DNA of 32,000 nucleotides from an uncultured archaeon. GTDB lineage: Archaea > Asgardarchaeota > Jordiarchaeia > Jordiarchaeales > Jordiarchaeaceae. Positions within the stretch are counted from its first letter, which is position 1. Each line of letters opens with the position of its first letter. The notes under the pieces were generated by a model. It ran no database searches, was not told the DNA's origin, and saw only the letters and a program-made list of their open reading frames with translations. The stretch covers positions 1-32,000 of the forward strand of contig CAZECW010000187.1 in assembly GCA_964510585.1 (NCBI GenBank), in the 5' to 3' direction. Positions 18,467-29,616 of this stretch are shown one piece after another. The position numbers were made by a program, and so were the translations under genes.

Positions 18467-19072
18467 TTAAATAAATTTCGAATAATCTAGCGATTTAATC
18501 CACTCGGCAAATTTCTTTAAGGCTTTCGTTCTGTGGGAAATAGCCGTTTTTTCAGAAATATCCATTTCTCCAAAGGTTCTTCCATCTCCCTCCTCAGGGA
18601 TAAATATTGGGTCAAACCCAAATCCATGTTCCCCGCGTATTTCTTTGCTTATTTTGCCCCTTACTTCACCTTTGAAGGTTGTTGTACTTTTACCGTTACA
18701 GAAGGCTATTACAGATTGAAAATAAGCCGCTCTATTCCCCTTATCTGACATTAATTTTAATATTCCTTCATTGGAGATCGTTTTGAAAACGTATGATGAG
18801 TACGGCCCTGGAAACCCATTTAGTTCCTTTATGAATAGGCCTGCGTCTTCCACAAATAATGGTTTTCCCTGGTTTTCCCATGCCTTTTGAGCACTGAAGA
18901 CTGCTATTTCTTCTAGGTTGTCTGACTGTATTTCTACGAGTTTCATGGGTAAATGTAGGAGGAGTATACCGTACTCCCTCAGTGTTCTTTCTGCTTCTTC
19001 AACTTTGCCAATGTTGCTTGTTGCAAAAAATACCGTTTTTCTTTTTTCCACATTGCCACTTCCTTCACTCAT
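18467..19072 (-). CDS. rdgB: Non-canonical purine NTP pyrophosphatase (RdgB/HAM1)
   Basis: FATSNIGKVEE, EIQSD, VEDAGL, GFPGPYS, GFGFDPIF, SHRTKA. Confidence 0.93.
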   Translation of the reverse strand: MSEGSGNVEKRKTVFFATSNIGKVEEAERTLREYGILLLHLPMKLVEIQSDNLEEIAVFSAQKAWENQGKPLFVEDAGLFIKELNGFPGPYSSYVFKTISNEGILKLMSDKGNRAAYFQSVIAFCNGKSTTTFKGEVRGKISKEIRGEHGFGFDPIFIPEEGDGRTFGEMDISEKTAISHRTKALKKFAEWIKSLDYSKFI

Positions 19073-19077
19073 TTATT

Positions 19078-19701
19078 TCATCTTTCTCTATGGTACCTTC
19101 CTCTCTTCTCAATTTCGTATAATCTTTCAATAACCTTCTCTGATTTACTTGTAGCTTTTTTGTAGCCCTCAAGAACCGCTGCAAAGCCGGCTTCCGCATA
19201 GGAATAGTGGGTGCTCTGGAGTGCTCTGCGCATAAGGTGGAGGTCAACTCCCTGATCCTCAACAGCGATGGAGTAATCACCCAATCCGAAGTCAATAAAG
19301 TATACTTTGGAGTTGCTAAGAAGCATATTAGAGGTGGTGAGGTCTCCATGTATAATACCTGCATTGTGTAGGCGGCCGATTAACATTCCAATATGAGTAA
19401 AAAGATCCTTTTTCTCCCGTTCTTCCATGTTTTGAATAATTGTCTTAACCTGCTCTCCCTCTATAAAATCCATTACAATCGTAGCTTCTTCAAGATCTAT
19501 GAAGTAAATCATGGGGGTTGGAACACCTGCCTTTCTTGCGTCTGAAAGTAGGCGGGCCTCCTTCACAGTGCGGTCGTACCTCAGTTTTTCATCAAGCTGC
19601 GGTACTCTGTATGATTTAGGTATTCTCTTCTTTACAATCACCTTTCTACCGCAACATTCCTCTTTATACAGGTATGCTTCGGCGCCCTTTTTGTACAGCA
19701 A
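19078..19701 (-). CDS. bud32: KEOPS kinase/ATPase Bud32
   Basis: KGAEA, RTVKEAR, IIHGDLTTSNM, IDFGL, IEKRGRY; separate from Kae1. Confidence 0.95.
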   Translation of the reverse strand: MLYKKGAEAYLYKEECCGRKVIVKKRIPKSYRVPQLDEKLRYDRTVKEARLLSDARKAGVPTPMIYFIDLEEATIVMDFIEGEQVKTIIQNMEEREKKDLFTHIGMLIGRLHNAGIIHGDLTTSNMLLSNSKVYFIDFGLGDYSIAVEDQGVDLHLMRRALQSTHYSYAEAGFAAVLEGYKKATSKSEKVIERLYEIEKRGRYHRER

Positions 19702-19719
19702 CTATTCTAGCACCCTCCT

Positions 19720-20759
<1,040 letters not shown>

Positions 20760-20909
20760 TCCCCAGCCAAGAAGCGAGTTATTAGGTCTTCAAAAAATCA
20801 AATTGGAATGTGTTAAGTCCTGTTCTTTACTGCGGGTCAAAAAGTGAATAATAAAATACAAATTTGCGAACTTAGAAATATCCCGAAAATCTATTTCTAG
20901 CCAGCTCCA

Positions 20910-21086
20910 CTAGGAACTCTCCTTTTCGTTCTCCTTGCTTTCTCTTTTTTTGAACTCCGTATAGCCACATTTCCCACAACTAAAACGATCGTAATGCTCA
21001 GCCATCCAGTAGCCATCCCCACATCTTGGGCATGGAGTTTTCAGTTTCTCCAACTTGTTTCCACTTATTTTATAATACTTACTCAA
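20910..21086 (-). CDS. rps27ae: 30S ribosomal protein S27ae (eS31), not in ORF track
   Basis: Manual translation from TTG 21086 (GGAGGT upstream): [58 protein letters not shown] (58 aa). Confidence 0.93.
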   Translation of the reverse strand: MSKYYKISGNKLEKLKTPCPRCGDGYWMAEHYDRFSCGKCGYTEFKKRESKENEKESS

Positions 21087-21117
21087 TCAGAATACCTCCA
21101 AGAAATTATTCCTCTTC

Positions 21118-21474
21118 CTATTTAGTTTTTGATTTTGCTCCCGCTGCTTTTGCTGGTTTCGCTGCTTCCTTTTTCTTTTTTTCTTTAACTACTTTCTCTC
21201 CTAGATTTCTCATTATTATGTGTTTTTGCTCCACCTGTTTGGCTCTCTCTACGGTTTTATATAACCTTGCTGTTCCTTTTGATCGAGTCACTCCGTACTC
21301 TGATTTAATACTTTTAATGTACAGCTTTTGTATGTCGGCTGCTAGGACCGCTGCTAGCTTATTTCTCACTTCCTCTAATGAGGGGGTTCCTTGTGAGTCG
21401 TGATCTACTATAAATGTTATTTCTTCACGTTCAAGTAGTGGATTTTCTTTTCTTGAAATAATACTTATTTCCAT
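21118..21474 (-). CDS. rps24e: 30S ribosomal protein S24e
   Basis: KENPLLEREEI, TPSLEEVR, GVTRSKGTARLY; Lys/Ala-rich tail. Confidence 0.95.
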   Translation of the reverse strand: MEISIISRKENPLLEREEITFIVDHDSQGTPSLEEVRNKLAAVLAADIQKLYIKSIKSEYGVTRSKGTARLYKTVERAKQVEQKHIIMRNLGEKVVKEKKKKEAAKPAKAAGAKSKTK

Positions 21475-22001
21475 TAGATGGCCTCCATATGGCTTATGAT
21501 ATCTTTTACTTCTTCCTTTTTATTATTGTCCACTTCGACTATGACTAGTCCCTCTTTGGGTTGACCATAAATTACTAAGGATTTGTCCGGTGCAAGAAGA
21601 ATGGCTGGCATAGTGAGCAAGTCTTCTTCACCTTCAACGAATATTTCTATTGGGACATTTGAATCATAGGCTTTTTTCAATATATTCCATACTCCTGCAC
21701 TAATCATTGCCGCTGGATTCTTTACCTTCATCTGAACACTGTTTGGTAGGCTTACATTCTCATTCACTGTCCTCAATGTTTTTCCGTCAATTATACAGAT
21801 ATCGGGGACAAGTCCCACCTCAATTAGATTTCTAGTTACTATATCTCCCACAGCTACCAGCTTGGGCGGCATTTTCTCCAGTACTACCTCTTTAGCCTTA
21901 AGTGTTGTTTGGGGATGTTTGCCTCTCAGAAGGGTACCGAAGGGCTCTTTAAGTCTATCCCTGAGCCTAACAGGGAGGACTAGGTCTCGAACTGTTTCCA
22001 A
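21474..22001 (-). CDS. GTP-dependent dephospho-CoA kinase (DUF359)
   Basis: LKEPFG, VGDIVT, IIDGKTLR, VKNPA, VEGEEDLL, YGQPKEG; conserved position after spt4. Confidence 0.88.
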   Translation of the reverse strand: METVRDLVLPVRLRDRLKEPFGTLLRGKHPQTTLKAKEVVLEKMPPKLVAVGDIVTRNLIEVGLVPDICIIDGKTLRTVNENVSLPNSVQMKVKNPAAMISAGVWNILKKAYDSNVPIEIFVEGEEDLLTMPAILLAPDKSLVIYGQPKEGLVIVEVDNNKKEEVKDIISHMEAI

Positions 22002-22012
22002 TGTTTAAAACC

Positions 22013-22198
22013 TCACCTTACTCTTAGTGCATATTTCCCTTTATTTTTTATTTGCAGCTTTTCTGCTATCTGGGAGTTATTAGCATCAAAAATTATGACC
22101 ATGCCACTATATTCGGTGGATAAAGCAGAGGATTTACAATTGGGGCATGTCTGCCCTGTAACTATGAGGTGACAAATTTTACAGGCCTTTTCTTTCAT
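22013..22198 (-). CDS. spt4: Transcription elongation factor Spt4 (RpoE2)
   Basis: ACKICH...CPNC, SQIAEKL, GKYALRVR. Confidence 0.93.
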   Translation of the reverse strand: MKEKACKICHLIVTGQTCPNCKSSALSTEYSGMVIIFDANNSQIAEKLQIKNKGKYALRVR

Positions 22199-22212
22199 TT
22201 AAAACCCTTCTA

Positions 22213-22866
22213 TTATGCTTTTTTCGCCTTTTTCTTCTTTTTCGCCTTTTTAGCAACAGGTTTTGGTTCTTTGACTTCTTCTACCTCTTCTTTTTCTTTT
22301 ACTTCTTCCTTAGCACCGCGAAGTTCTTCCTCTATCCAATCTAATTTACCCAAGAAAGGCTGGCGCATCGTTAATCCTAACTTGCCGCTCCTTATCCCCC
22401 CACCGATGGAAACCGCGACAATTCTCGCCCTCACCCTATCATTTTCTTGTATTATACGACCTGTTTCTTTTCCTATCAGAGCGGATCTCTTGGAATCGTA
22501 GGAAATAAAGTCATCAGTAATTTGGCTAACGTGGCATAACCCATCAAGGGGGCCTAATCGGATAAATGCTCCAAAATCCACCACCTCCACCACCTCTCCC
22601 TCAACTATTTCATGTAGTATAGGTTTGAATGTGAGTACACTAAAAACCACTTTGTGGAAGGCAGCTCCATCTCCCGGAATTAATTTGCCCGCTTCTACAT
22701 TCTCCACGTCTACCACACATATGACAACCCCTAGGTCTGGATCAATGATCCCCTCATATTCTTTTATTAAAATCTCCATAGCTACCTTCTCTATTGGTTC
22801 GCCAAATTTTTCGGGCGGTATACGAACGGTGTCCACAAGGCTGATTATTTCATACATACCTTTCAA
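22213..22866 (-). CDS. rpoE1: RNA polymerase subunit Rpo7 (RpoE1)
   Basis: VRIPPEKFG, GDGAAFHKV, FGAFIRLGPLDGLCHVSQI, LTMRQPFLGKL. ATG 22857 is an alternative start; charged C-terminal tail. Confidence 0.97.
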   Translation of the reverse strand: MKGMYEIISLVDTVRIPPEKFGEPIEKVAMEILIKEYEGIIDPDLGVVICVVDVENVEAGKLIPGDGAAFHKVVFSVLTFKPILHEIVEGEVVEVVDFGAFIRLGPLDGLCHVSQITDDFISYDSKRSALIGKETGRIIQENDRVRARIVAVSIGGGIRSGKLGLTMRQPFLGKLDWIEEELRGAKEEVKEKEEVEEVKEPKPVAKKAKKKKKAKKA

Positions 22867-23267
22867 TCACCTGTGCAACAAGCAAGTATGCCTATGATTA
22901 TCATCAAAAAATTTTATTGTGTGATTTTATCCCCTAAATTTTGGGATTACGTTTTTTACAGGCTTTAGAGCATTTTTAAGGATAACGCTATTTAAATTTG
23001 GAGTAAATTAAATTTTTCGCATTTTTTTAAGTTATGGAACCAAGTCTGGCTTTTTTTACACCTCTTTTTCCAAGAATAGGTATTGTTAAGGTTTTTCTAC
23101 CATAGAAGTCCAATCAAAAGAGGGAAAAACGGTCTCTTCTCAAGCATTTAAAGCTTAATGCCCGACTTCCCATCAAGAAACCTGGCAACATGTCCATTTC
23201 CTATTCTTTTTGGTTTATTATAACACGATTCCTTTTTGAAGTTTTGAAATCCTATAATCATTAAAGC

Positions 23268-23699
23268 TTACAGGTGGCCCTCCATCTGTAAATGCGATTT
23301 TTGACGTACAAATATTGTTGGTATTCCCTCAGACTTAAGTTTTCTTCGTAAATTGCGGTCATTAGTTGCCACAACACAATACATGCTTTTCGAAAATCTG
23401 ACAATTAAATCATCGAGATTCCCATTTTGGTTTTCTAGCTCCACAACCTTGTACCTTTCAGCCATTTCGAGGGCAAGTTTTGCGGCTCTTCTAATCTTTA
23501 GTTTAGGATTTTGAGATAGCCCTTTTAGCTCATCAATTGTTCCTTTGAGAATAACAATCTCGTACTTTTGCTTGATTAACCTATCCAACTCTGAAATTAT
23601 ATCTATTCCTATTTCGAATGGAACCATAAGAAAGTTTGTGTCTAAAATCACCTTCAAGACTGGGTTTGAGTTATTAGTCCCCATCCAATCAGTCTCCAA
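23268..23699 (-). CDS. PIN-domain protein (Fcf1/Utp24-like)
   Basis: [28 protein letters not shown]; conserved position after aIF2gamma. Start uncertain. Confidence 0.85.
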   Translation of the reverse strand: METDWMGTNNSNPVLKVILDTNFLMVPFEIGIDIISELDRLIKQKYEIVILKGTIDELKGLSQNPKLKIRRAAKLALEMAERYKVVELENQNGNLDDLIVRFSKSMYCVVATNDRNLRRKLKSEGIPTIFVRQKSHLQMEGHL

Positions 23700-24940
23700 C
23701 GACCCGCAATTCTTCGGCTAATAGCAATTCTCTGCCCTTCCTCCGCAACCACAGGCCTTCTCAAAGAAATTTTCACAAGCCCATTGCTAACTGCAGTTGA
23801 GGTTCCCACAGTCGCAGTGGGCCCAATATTTAACATTAAAGGCTCCTTCGAAGCTATAGGTTCCACTTTTGACAAGTCTACACTGCCTACAACTCTCTCC
23901 AAAAGGTTAACTTCAATACTAAAGCTATCTATCATCGGTGGGAGGGTTCCCGGACGCCCAGCTACACTGCCCACCATCCCATCAGCCTTTGTTAGGGAGG
24001 GATCCAGCTTAGTTCCCAAACCAATCAGACCACCAGGTTTCGCTTCTTCCAGCATTACGCCTTCACCCGCTTGAATGCTTGTAACCTCTGTGAATAAAGG
24101 CTCATATCTGACACTCCCTCCAACATCAATCCTAAGCCCAGGCCTAATCTCTATCTCATCACCAACTTTCACGCTTCCCTGAATTATTGAGCCTCCAATT
24201 ACCCCTCCTTTAAGCTCCTCCGGAGGAGTTCCTGGCTTATTAACTTCAAATGATCTAGCTACATACATACGCATGGGTTTTGTTAAATCTCTTTTTGGAG
24301 TCGGAATAACCCTTTCCATCGCATCAATTAAAACATCAAGATTCGCTCTAAAAACTGCCGAAACTGGAATAATTTGTACATTTTCTGCCTCGGTGCCTTT
24401 CACGAAATCTAAAATTTGGCGATAATTTTCTAAAGCCTTCTCTCTGGAAACAAGTTCAATCTTGTTCTGAACAATAATAAGATTTTTTACCCCAATGATC
24501 TGAAGAGCTGCAAAATGTTCTCTGGTCTGGGGTTGAGGGCATGGCTCATTAGCAGCTATAACCAGAATAGCCCCATCTACAAGAGCTGCTCCGCTTATCA
24601 TGGTAGCCATAAGGGCTTCATGCCCAGGGGAATCAGCGAAGGATATGCGGCGGACGAAGACCAAATCTGATTCACAGCGTGGGCATTTGTTACTCTTAGC
24701 CATCGCCGCAGTTGTGTAACATTCTGGTGGTGGGCAATTTGGACATTTCAAGATTATCGCATCGGCGTAGCCTAGTTTTATGGAGATGCCCCTTCTTTTC
24801 TCCTCACTGTGTCTGTCTGTCCACTCACCAGATAAAGCTTGAACCAAAGTAGTTTTTCCGTGGTCCACATGCCCAGTGGTTCCTATGTTTACTTCTGACT
24901 GGGTTTTCATAGCTTCAATCATTGCTTTATTGTCTGACAG
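23654..24940 (-). CDS. eif2g: Translation initiation factor 2 gamma subunit (aIF2gamma)
   Basis: [56 protein letters not shown]. Start uncertain: CTG 24940 (AGGAGG 9 nt upstream), ATG 24922 or ATG 24910. Confidence 0.96.
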   Translation of the reverse strand: MSDNKAMIEAMKTQSEVNIGTTGHVDHGKTTLVQALSGEWTDRHSEEKRRGISIKLGYADAIILKCPNCPPPECYTTAAMAKSNKCPRCESDLVFVRRISFADSPGHEALMATMISGAALVDGAILVIAANEPCPQPQTREHFAALQIIGVKNLIIVQNKIELVSREKALENYRQILDFVKGTEAENVQIIPVSAVFRANLDVLIDAMERVIPTPKRDLTKPMRMYVARSFEVNKPGTPPEELKGGVIGGSIIQGSVKVGDEIEIRPGLRIDVGGSVRYEPLFTEVTSIQAGEGVMLEEAKPGGLIGLGTKLDPSLTKADGMVGSVAGRPGTLPPMIDSFSIEVNLLERVVGSVDLSKVEPIASKEPLMLNIGPTATVGTSTAVSNGLVKISLRRPVVAEEGQRIAISRRIAGRWRLIGWGLITQTQS

Positions 24941-25017
24941 GTGTTTTAGCCTCCTAGAAGTCTTCAATTCTCAATTCTGTGGGATTCTTTTAAAGTTTAT
25001 CCAAAAAGTCTTGGGTT

Positions 25018-26385
25018 TCAAGTATTTTGCGGGTTTACGTTGATTACATTTCCGAATCCTTGGGGAACCAGAATCTCCTCATCGGACATTACACATATCC
25101 CCTTAATAAAAGTCATTCTCACTTTTCCAATAACATTCCAGTTCTTAAATGGTGAAAACTTGGATTTGCTTCTGAATTTTTCTGGGGAAATTCTCCACTT
25201 TTCTTTCAGGTCTACTAAAACCATGTCTGCATCGTATCCCTCAAGGAGCATACCCTTATTTTCTAGTTTAAAAATCTTGGCCGGTGAACGCGAAGTTAAA
25301 TCAACCAGTTTCTCCAACCTCAAATCTCCTTGAGCAACCTTAGTTAGCATTAGGGGAAGCAACGTTTCAAGTCCAGGAAATCCTGAGGGCGCCTCAGCAA
25401 AGGGTTTTTCCTTTTCTGAGAGACTGTGCGGAGCATGATCGCTTGCAATAACGTTTATCAATCCATCAAGTACAGCCGCCCAAAGTGCTATATTATCGTC
25501 CCGAGACCTTAGCGGGGGAAGCACCTTAACCAATGCACCTTGCTTTTTAATTTCTTCGCTTGTAAGAAGGAGGTGGTGGGGCGTAACTTCACATGTTAAT
25601 CGTGCTCCCCTGTTCAGAGCCCTTTTTATGGCTACCAATGATTCTGATGAGGAGACATGGCATATGTGTAAATGGCACCCTGTTTTAACCCCCAGATCTG
25701 AGTACTTAGTTATCGTCCTCGCTTCAGATGTTGAGGGATGCGAACCCAAAAATACTTCAACATCCGATAGTTTCTGCTTTTCCAATTCAGATTGCAGGGT
25801 GTTTATAGTTTCCGGGTCATCGGGATGCACCAAAACTGGTAGATTATTCTCTGCGGCTGCCTTAAGACATGCAACAATTTGTTCCTCATCCAGGAAATTA
25901 ACCTCTTCCATTGGATCATGGGGGTATATCTTGAATCCTTTTATACCTTCCTTGGCAATCTGTTTGACTTCATTTGTATTTTTAGGAAATCCTGCATAAA
26001 ATGCCACATTGACAACAATTTTTTTCTCCGCTTCTCGCTTCTTTTCTCTGAGAGTCTTCAGAGAGGAAGTTCTCGGTATGGTGTTGGGCATATCTATAAC
26101 AGTTGTTACTCCTCCATTTGCTGCGGCGCAGGTTCCAGTGTAGAAGTCCTCCTTATAGCTGAGTTGCAAGTCTCTGAGGTGGACATGGGGGTCAATTAGC
26201 CCCGGCAGCAATAGGCAGCCTTTAGCATCGATGGTTTTATCTGATCTTAGTAGATCTGGATCTTTCAAAAAATTGTAGATTTTTCCCTCCTTTACCGCCA
26301 ACCCGCCTGAGATTATTCCTTGGTACGTAAATATTTTGGAGTTTTTTAAAACCAAATCCACAGTTGAGGATCTCATCGTGGGCAT
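25018..26385 (-). CDS. pyrC: Dihydroorotase (type I, amidohydrolase)
   Basis: IDPHVHLRD, GGVTTVIDMPNT, HICHVS, CEVTPHHL, IASDHAPH, GFPGLET. Confidence 0.9.
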   Translation of the reverse strand: MPTMRSSTVDLVLKNSKIFTYQGIISGGLAVKEGKIYNFLKDPDLLRSDKTIDAKGCLLLPGLIDPHVHLRDLQLSYKEDFYTGTCAAANGGVTTVIDMPNTIPRTSSLKTLREKKREAEKKIVVNVAFYAGFPKNTNEVKQIAKEGIKGFKIYPHDPMEEVNFLDEEQIVACLKAAAENNLPVLVHPDDPETINTLQSELEKQKLSDVEVFLGSHPSTSEARTITKYSDLGVKTGCHLHICHVSSSESLVAIKRALNRGARLTCEVTPHHLLLTSEEIKKQGALVKVLPPLRSRDDNIALWAAVLDGLINVIASDHAPHSLSEKEKPFAEAPSGFPGLETLLPLMLTKVAQGDLRLEKLVDLTSRSPAKIFKLENKGMLLEGYDADMVLVDLKEKWRISPEKFRSKSKFSPFKNWNVIGKVRMTFIKGICVMSDEEILVPQGFGNVINVNPQNT

Positions 26386-27198
26386 CTACTTTTTATTTTC
26401 TACTGTAAACTTGTTTGCCACTAGTCTGGTTAAGTCTGTTTTTGTTAGGATACCTACTATACGTTCTTCATAGTTGAGGACTGGAATGCTCTTAATCTTT
26501 TCTTTGCGCATTAAATCTGCTGCGTCACTAATTTTTTTGTCTGGGTGAATCTTGGGAGGGTCTGGTTGCATTATCTCGTTTACCTGTACGTGCCTTATTC
26601 TTTCCTCCTGGTGTTTCTCGGGTACACTGTTTCGGAACTGTGCCAGGTACAAAGCTATTTGTCCCTCTGTTACCATTCCCACCAATTTCCCCCCTTCCAA
26701 AACGGGCAAACTACTGATGTTTCTCTCAAGCATTGTTCTTCTCACGTTCACAATTCTGTCGAAAGGCGTAGTGGTAATGGGAGAAATTGTCATTACCTGG
26801 CCCACAAAAATGTTGTTAACTCGAAGGCAGAGGCGGGCCATAGTGGATTTCGTGATAATACCCACCAGTTTCCCTCCATCCACTACAGGTAGGCTCGAAA
26901 TTCCCTTATCTATCATGAGTTTAGCGGCGTCATAAACATCCGCTTGGGGACTGATAGTGATGGGATTATAAGTCATAACTCCTGACACATGCACACTTGA
27001 AGCTTGAAGTGATCGCATCTTACTTGAGCCTAACCGGTCAACCATATCCTTTTCAGTGATTACCCCCACTAATTTCCCTTTATCAACAACTAAAAGGCGT
27101 GAAACCCGCTTCTTCACCATTAATTCCATTGCGTGGGAAACTATATCATCTTTATCCACAACAAACAAGTCCTTTACCATAACATCCTTAACTTGCAA
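26386..27198 (-). CDS. CBS-domain protein (four CBS repeats)
   Basis: Repeated VM...V......A..LM......LPV....LVG.IT..D units; TTG start with GGAGG; the stop abuts the pyrC ATG. Confidence 0.88.
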   Translation of the reverse strand: MQVKDVMVKDLFVVDKDDIVSHAMELMVKKRVSRLLVVDKGKLVGVITEKDMVDRLGSSKMRSLQASSVHVSGVMTYNPITISPQADVYDAAKLMIDKGISSLPVVDGGKLVGIITKSTMARLCLRVNNIFVGQVMTISPITTTPFDRIVNVRRTMLERNISSLPVLEGGKLVGMVTEGQIALYLAQFRNSVPEKHQEERIRHVQVNEIMQPDPPKIHPDKKISDAADLMRKEKIKSIPVLNYEERIVGILTKTDLTRLVANKFTVENKK

Positions 27199-27258
27199 CT
27201 TGATTTCCTCCCAAGAAACCTATATTTGATTTGCTATAAAACATGTTTTTATTATTTG

Positions 27259-27389
27259 CCATGAAAAACATTTTTCATAATTTGTCTAAGACGCTTTAAG
27301 CGTATGAATGTTACCATGAAAAACTTGTTTTCATTTTTTACCATGAAAAACTTGTTTTCATTTTTTATCTGGAACACGCAAGCGTATGA
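27259..27389. repeat. Tandem 27-bp direct repeat with internal palindrome plus related boxes
   Basis: CCATGAAAAACTTGTTTTCATTTTTTA is identical at 27314-27340 and 27341-27367; variant ATGAAAAA-CA-TTTTTCAT at 27261-27278; AAGCGTATGA at 27298-27307 and 27380-27389. Confidence 0.8.
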
Positions 27390-27585
27390 TTGTTGTCTTA
27401 GAAGCGCAGCCTATGTAGGTTTTTGAAGATAAACTAGGTCTCGAAACACATTCTTAGTGGTTCACTGCTAGTTTTCAATTTTTACAATCTGTTCCTTTCT
27501 TCTTTTCTTACCAATTTTAGTTTAGAGGATTGCTGTTTTTGGACGCAAATATCTGGTTGGCGCAATTACTATGTATTCATGGTTT

Positions 27586-29583
27586 TTATGAGTTTTGTGA
27601 GACATCACCTCCCCCAGGCGGAAGAATATTCTCAATTTCGCTTATTGATAAGAGGTTTACTTTTTCTTTAAGTTCGGGCGGCGCCTTTTTTAGTAACAAG
27701 TATTTTACCTGTTTAGCCAATTTTCCTTTGGGAATCGCGCCAGGTTTGATGACTATGAAGCTTTTGGTCTGTTTCTCAATGGCTGACGGCGGACCACAGA
27801 TTGGTATAACGTCACCATTACTTTCAATCAAACCCACTGCAAGTGTTAGTGTATTCCCTCTAATATAATTTCTTTGGCCTCGGATCATAAATGAGCCTCT
27901 TTCCAAATATTCACCAGAAGGAGGTGTCTGGGAAACTTGGTCGGGGTTCACCCAGTAGACGTCAGCCTGCCCCCAACCGGACTTCCAGGCGCTGGAGAAT
28001 GAAACGGCAAATTGTGCTGCTTCCCTTAGGGTGATGTCTGAAACTGGCTTTTCACTTTTTTTAATTATCACTACGGGTGCGCCTCTGTAATCAGCGTGCA
28101 TAAAGATGTCGTTAGGATCCATGTATTTATTGTAGAGGATAGTATTTGTTTTAACATCTTTGCCCCCAAGAACTAGCACTCCTTCTGATGAGTTAAACCA
28201 TCTGAATGCTTCGTACCACTTTTTCTTACGCCTTTTTACCAGTTTGGTTGGGGCTACTTTTTCAGAAGGCACTTCTTTAGCTGCGGTTTCCATCAGTTTC
28301 AGCGTTTTTTCGATAGCTTTTTTTGCCCCCTCTGCCTTTAAAGCTGCTTTTTTAGCTTGCTCATAAAAGGCGTTTGCGTTTTCAACCGCTGATTTCCTAT
28401 AATCTAGTTCAATGTTTTCCCCCTCAATGTTTATCACAAGCTTTCCAGCCTTTGGTTTTAGGTCCTGGAAAATCTTTGCCGAGGGGATTCGGTCACTAGC
28501 CTCTCTAATTTTCTCTTCTATTTCGGACCAAGGATGGTTTTTCTGTCTTGCGGAAATAATTGTTTCCAACAGCTCTGTGACCAAGTGTAGATTTGCATAG
28601 AGTAAATCTCCATACTTTCTGTACTTTTTTTCGGAAAGTTCCATTTTAGCTATCTTGGCCTTCTGCTCTTCAAGCATTCTTTTATAGCGGTCAACCTCTG
28701 TCTCATGCGTTTCGGAAACCTTCTGCTCTGCTTCGAAAACCTCACCAGCGCTATAAAACTCATCGGCTGCCTGATTGAAGCTGTCAAACTTTCTAAAGTG
28801 CATTTTTTCGAACACTCTAAGTTCAAATGGAACTACTGAGATCATCTCCGAGTTTTTAAAAATTATTCCAGGTGCAAATTCTCCCCTCTCCAGAGGTTCC
28901 AATAGGGATTTTATGGCAGAAACTATTTTCTCCAATTCTCGAGGCGACACAGAGGATGCGGGTGTATTCTTATCTATCCCTGCCCTAACGCATAACTCCT
29001 CTGCATACTCTCCACCAATATTTAGATTTCTCGCTATTGTACGTACCACATCAGTGTTAGAAGTTGAAAAGAGGGATTTTAACCACTCATAATCAACATT
29101 GTGTGGGTCAACGCCTCTCATTGGCGGGAATTGGAACTCCTTTTTAGGGACAATATCCCTATCCTTCATTTTGAAGTAGTGCCGTGCGATAAAGATTTTT
29201 CCTTCTGGGTCTAATAGAATGATGTTACCATCACCGAAAAATTCAATAATGAGCGAGTATTTATTTTCGGGCAATCCAATATCAATAGTTACAAGGCGGT
29301 CAAAATCATATTGGCGAATCCCTAATATACGCCGGTTTCGAAGATACTTTCTGAGGGTCATACAAAAATTGCTGGGTAACCGGGGTTTGGGACGCTGATA
29401 CCAAGTTAAGTGAATCCGGCGTCCCAACTCAACCAACAAAGAAACATTCCCATACGTCGGAGATCTTAACTTAAAAAGGAAAATCTCATTAAACTGGTAA
29501 ATGTTCCTTATCCATGCCCCCTCAACAATTGGTTTCAACTCGTGAATAATTGCGGCGATATCAAAATTGGACATTTCACTCAT
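27586..29583 (-). CDS. rqcH: Ribosome quality control factor Rqc2/RqcH/NEMF (NFACT family)
   Basis: MSNFDI, FCMTLRKYL, FDRLV, EFFGDGNIIL, coiled coil, ENANAFYEQAKK, WYEAFRWF, FMHADYRGAP, GEYLERGSFMIRG. Start refined to ATG 29583. Confidence 0.92.
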   Translation of the reverse strand: MSEMSNFDIAAIIHELKPIVEGAWIRNIYQFNEIFLFKLRSPTYGNVSLLVELGRRIHLTWYQRPKPRLPSNFCMTLRKYLRNRRILGIRQYDFDRLVTIDIGLPENKYSLIIEFFGDGNIILLDPEGKIFIARHYFKMKDRDIVPKKEFQFPPMRGVDPHNVDYEWLKSLFSTSNTDVVRTIARNLNIGGEYAEELCVRAGIDKNTPASSVSPRELEKIVSAIKSLLEPLERGEFAPGIIFKNSEMISVVPFELRVFEKMHFRKFDSFNQAADEFYSAGEVFEAEQKVSETHETEVDRYKRMLEEQKAKIAKMELSEKKYRKYGDLLYANLHLVTELLETIISARQKNHPWSEIEEKIREASDRIPSAKIFQDLKPKAGKLVINIEGENIELDYRKSAVENANAFYEQAKKAALKAEGAKKAIEKTLKLMETAAKEVPSEKVAPTKLVKRRKKKWYEAFRWFNSSEGVLVLGGKDVKTNTILYNKYMDPNDIFMHADYRGAPVVIIKKSEKPVSDITLREAAQFAVSFSSAWKSGWGQADVYWVNPDQVSQTPPSGEYLERGSFMIRGQRNYIRGNTLTLAVGLIESNGDVIPICGPPSAIEKQTKSFIVIKPGAIPKGKLAKQVKYLLLKKAPPELKEKVNLLSISEIENILPPGGGDVSQNS

Positions 29584-29616
29584 ACTGCAAACCACCCGAA
29601 GTTGGAGGATGACTTG

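Noticed and set aside
27314-27367. Mini CRISPR array
   Set aside because: The two 27-bp units abut with no spacer, and no cas genes are nearby.
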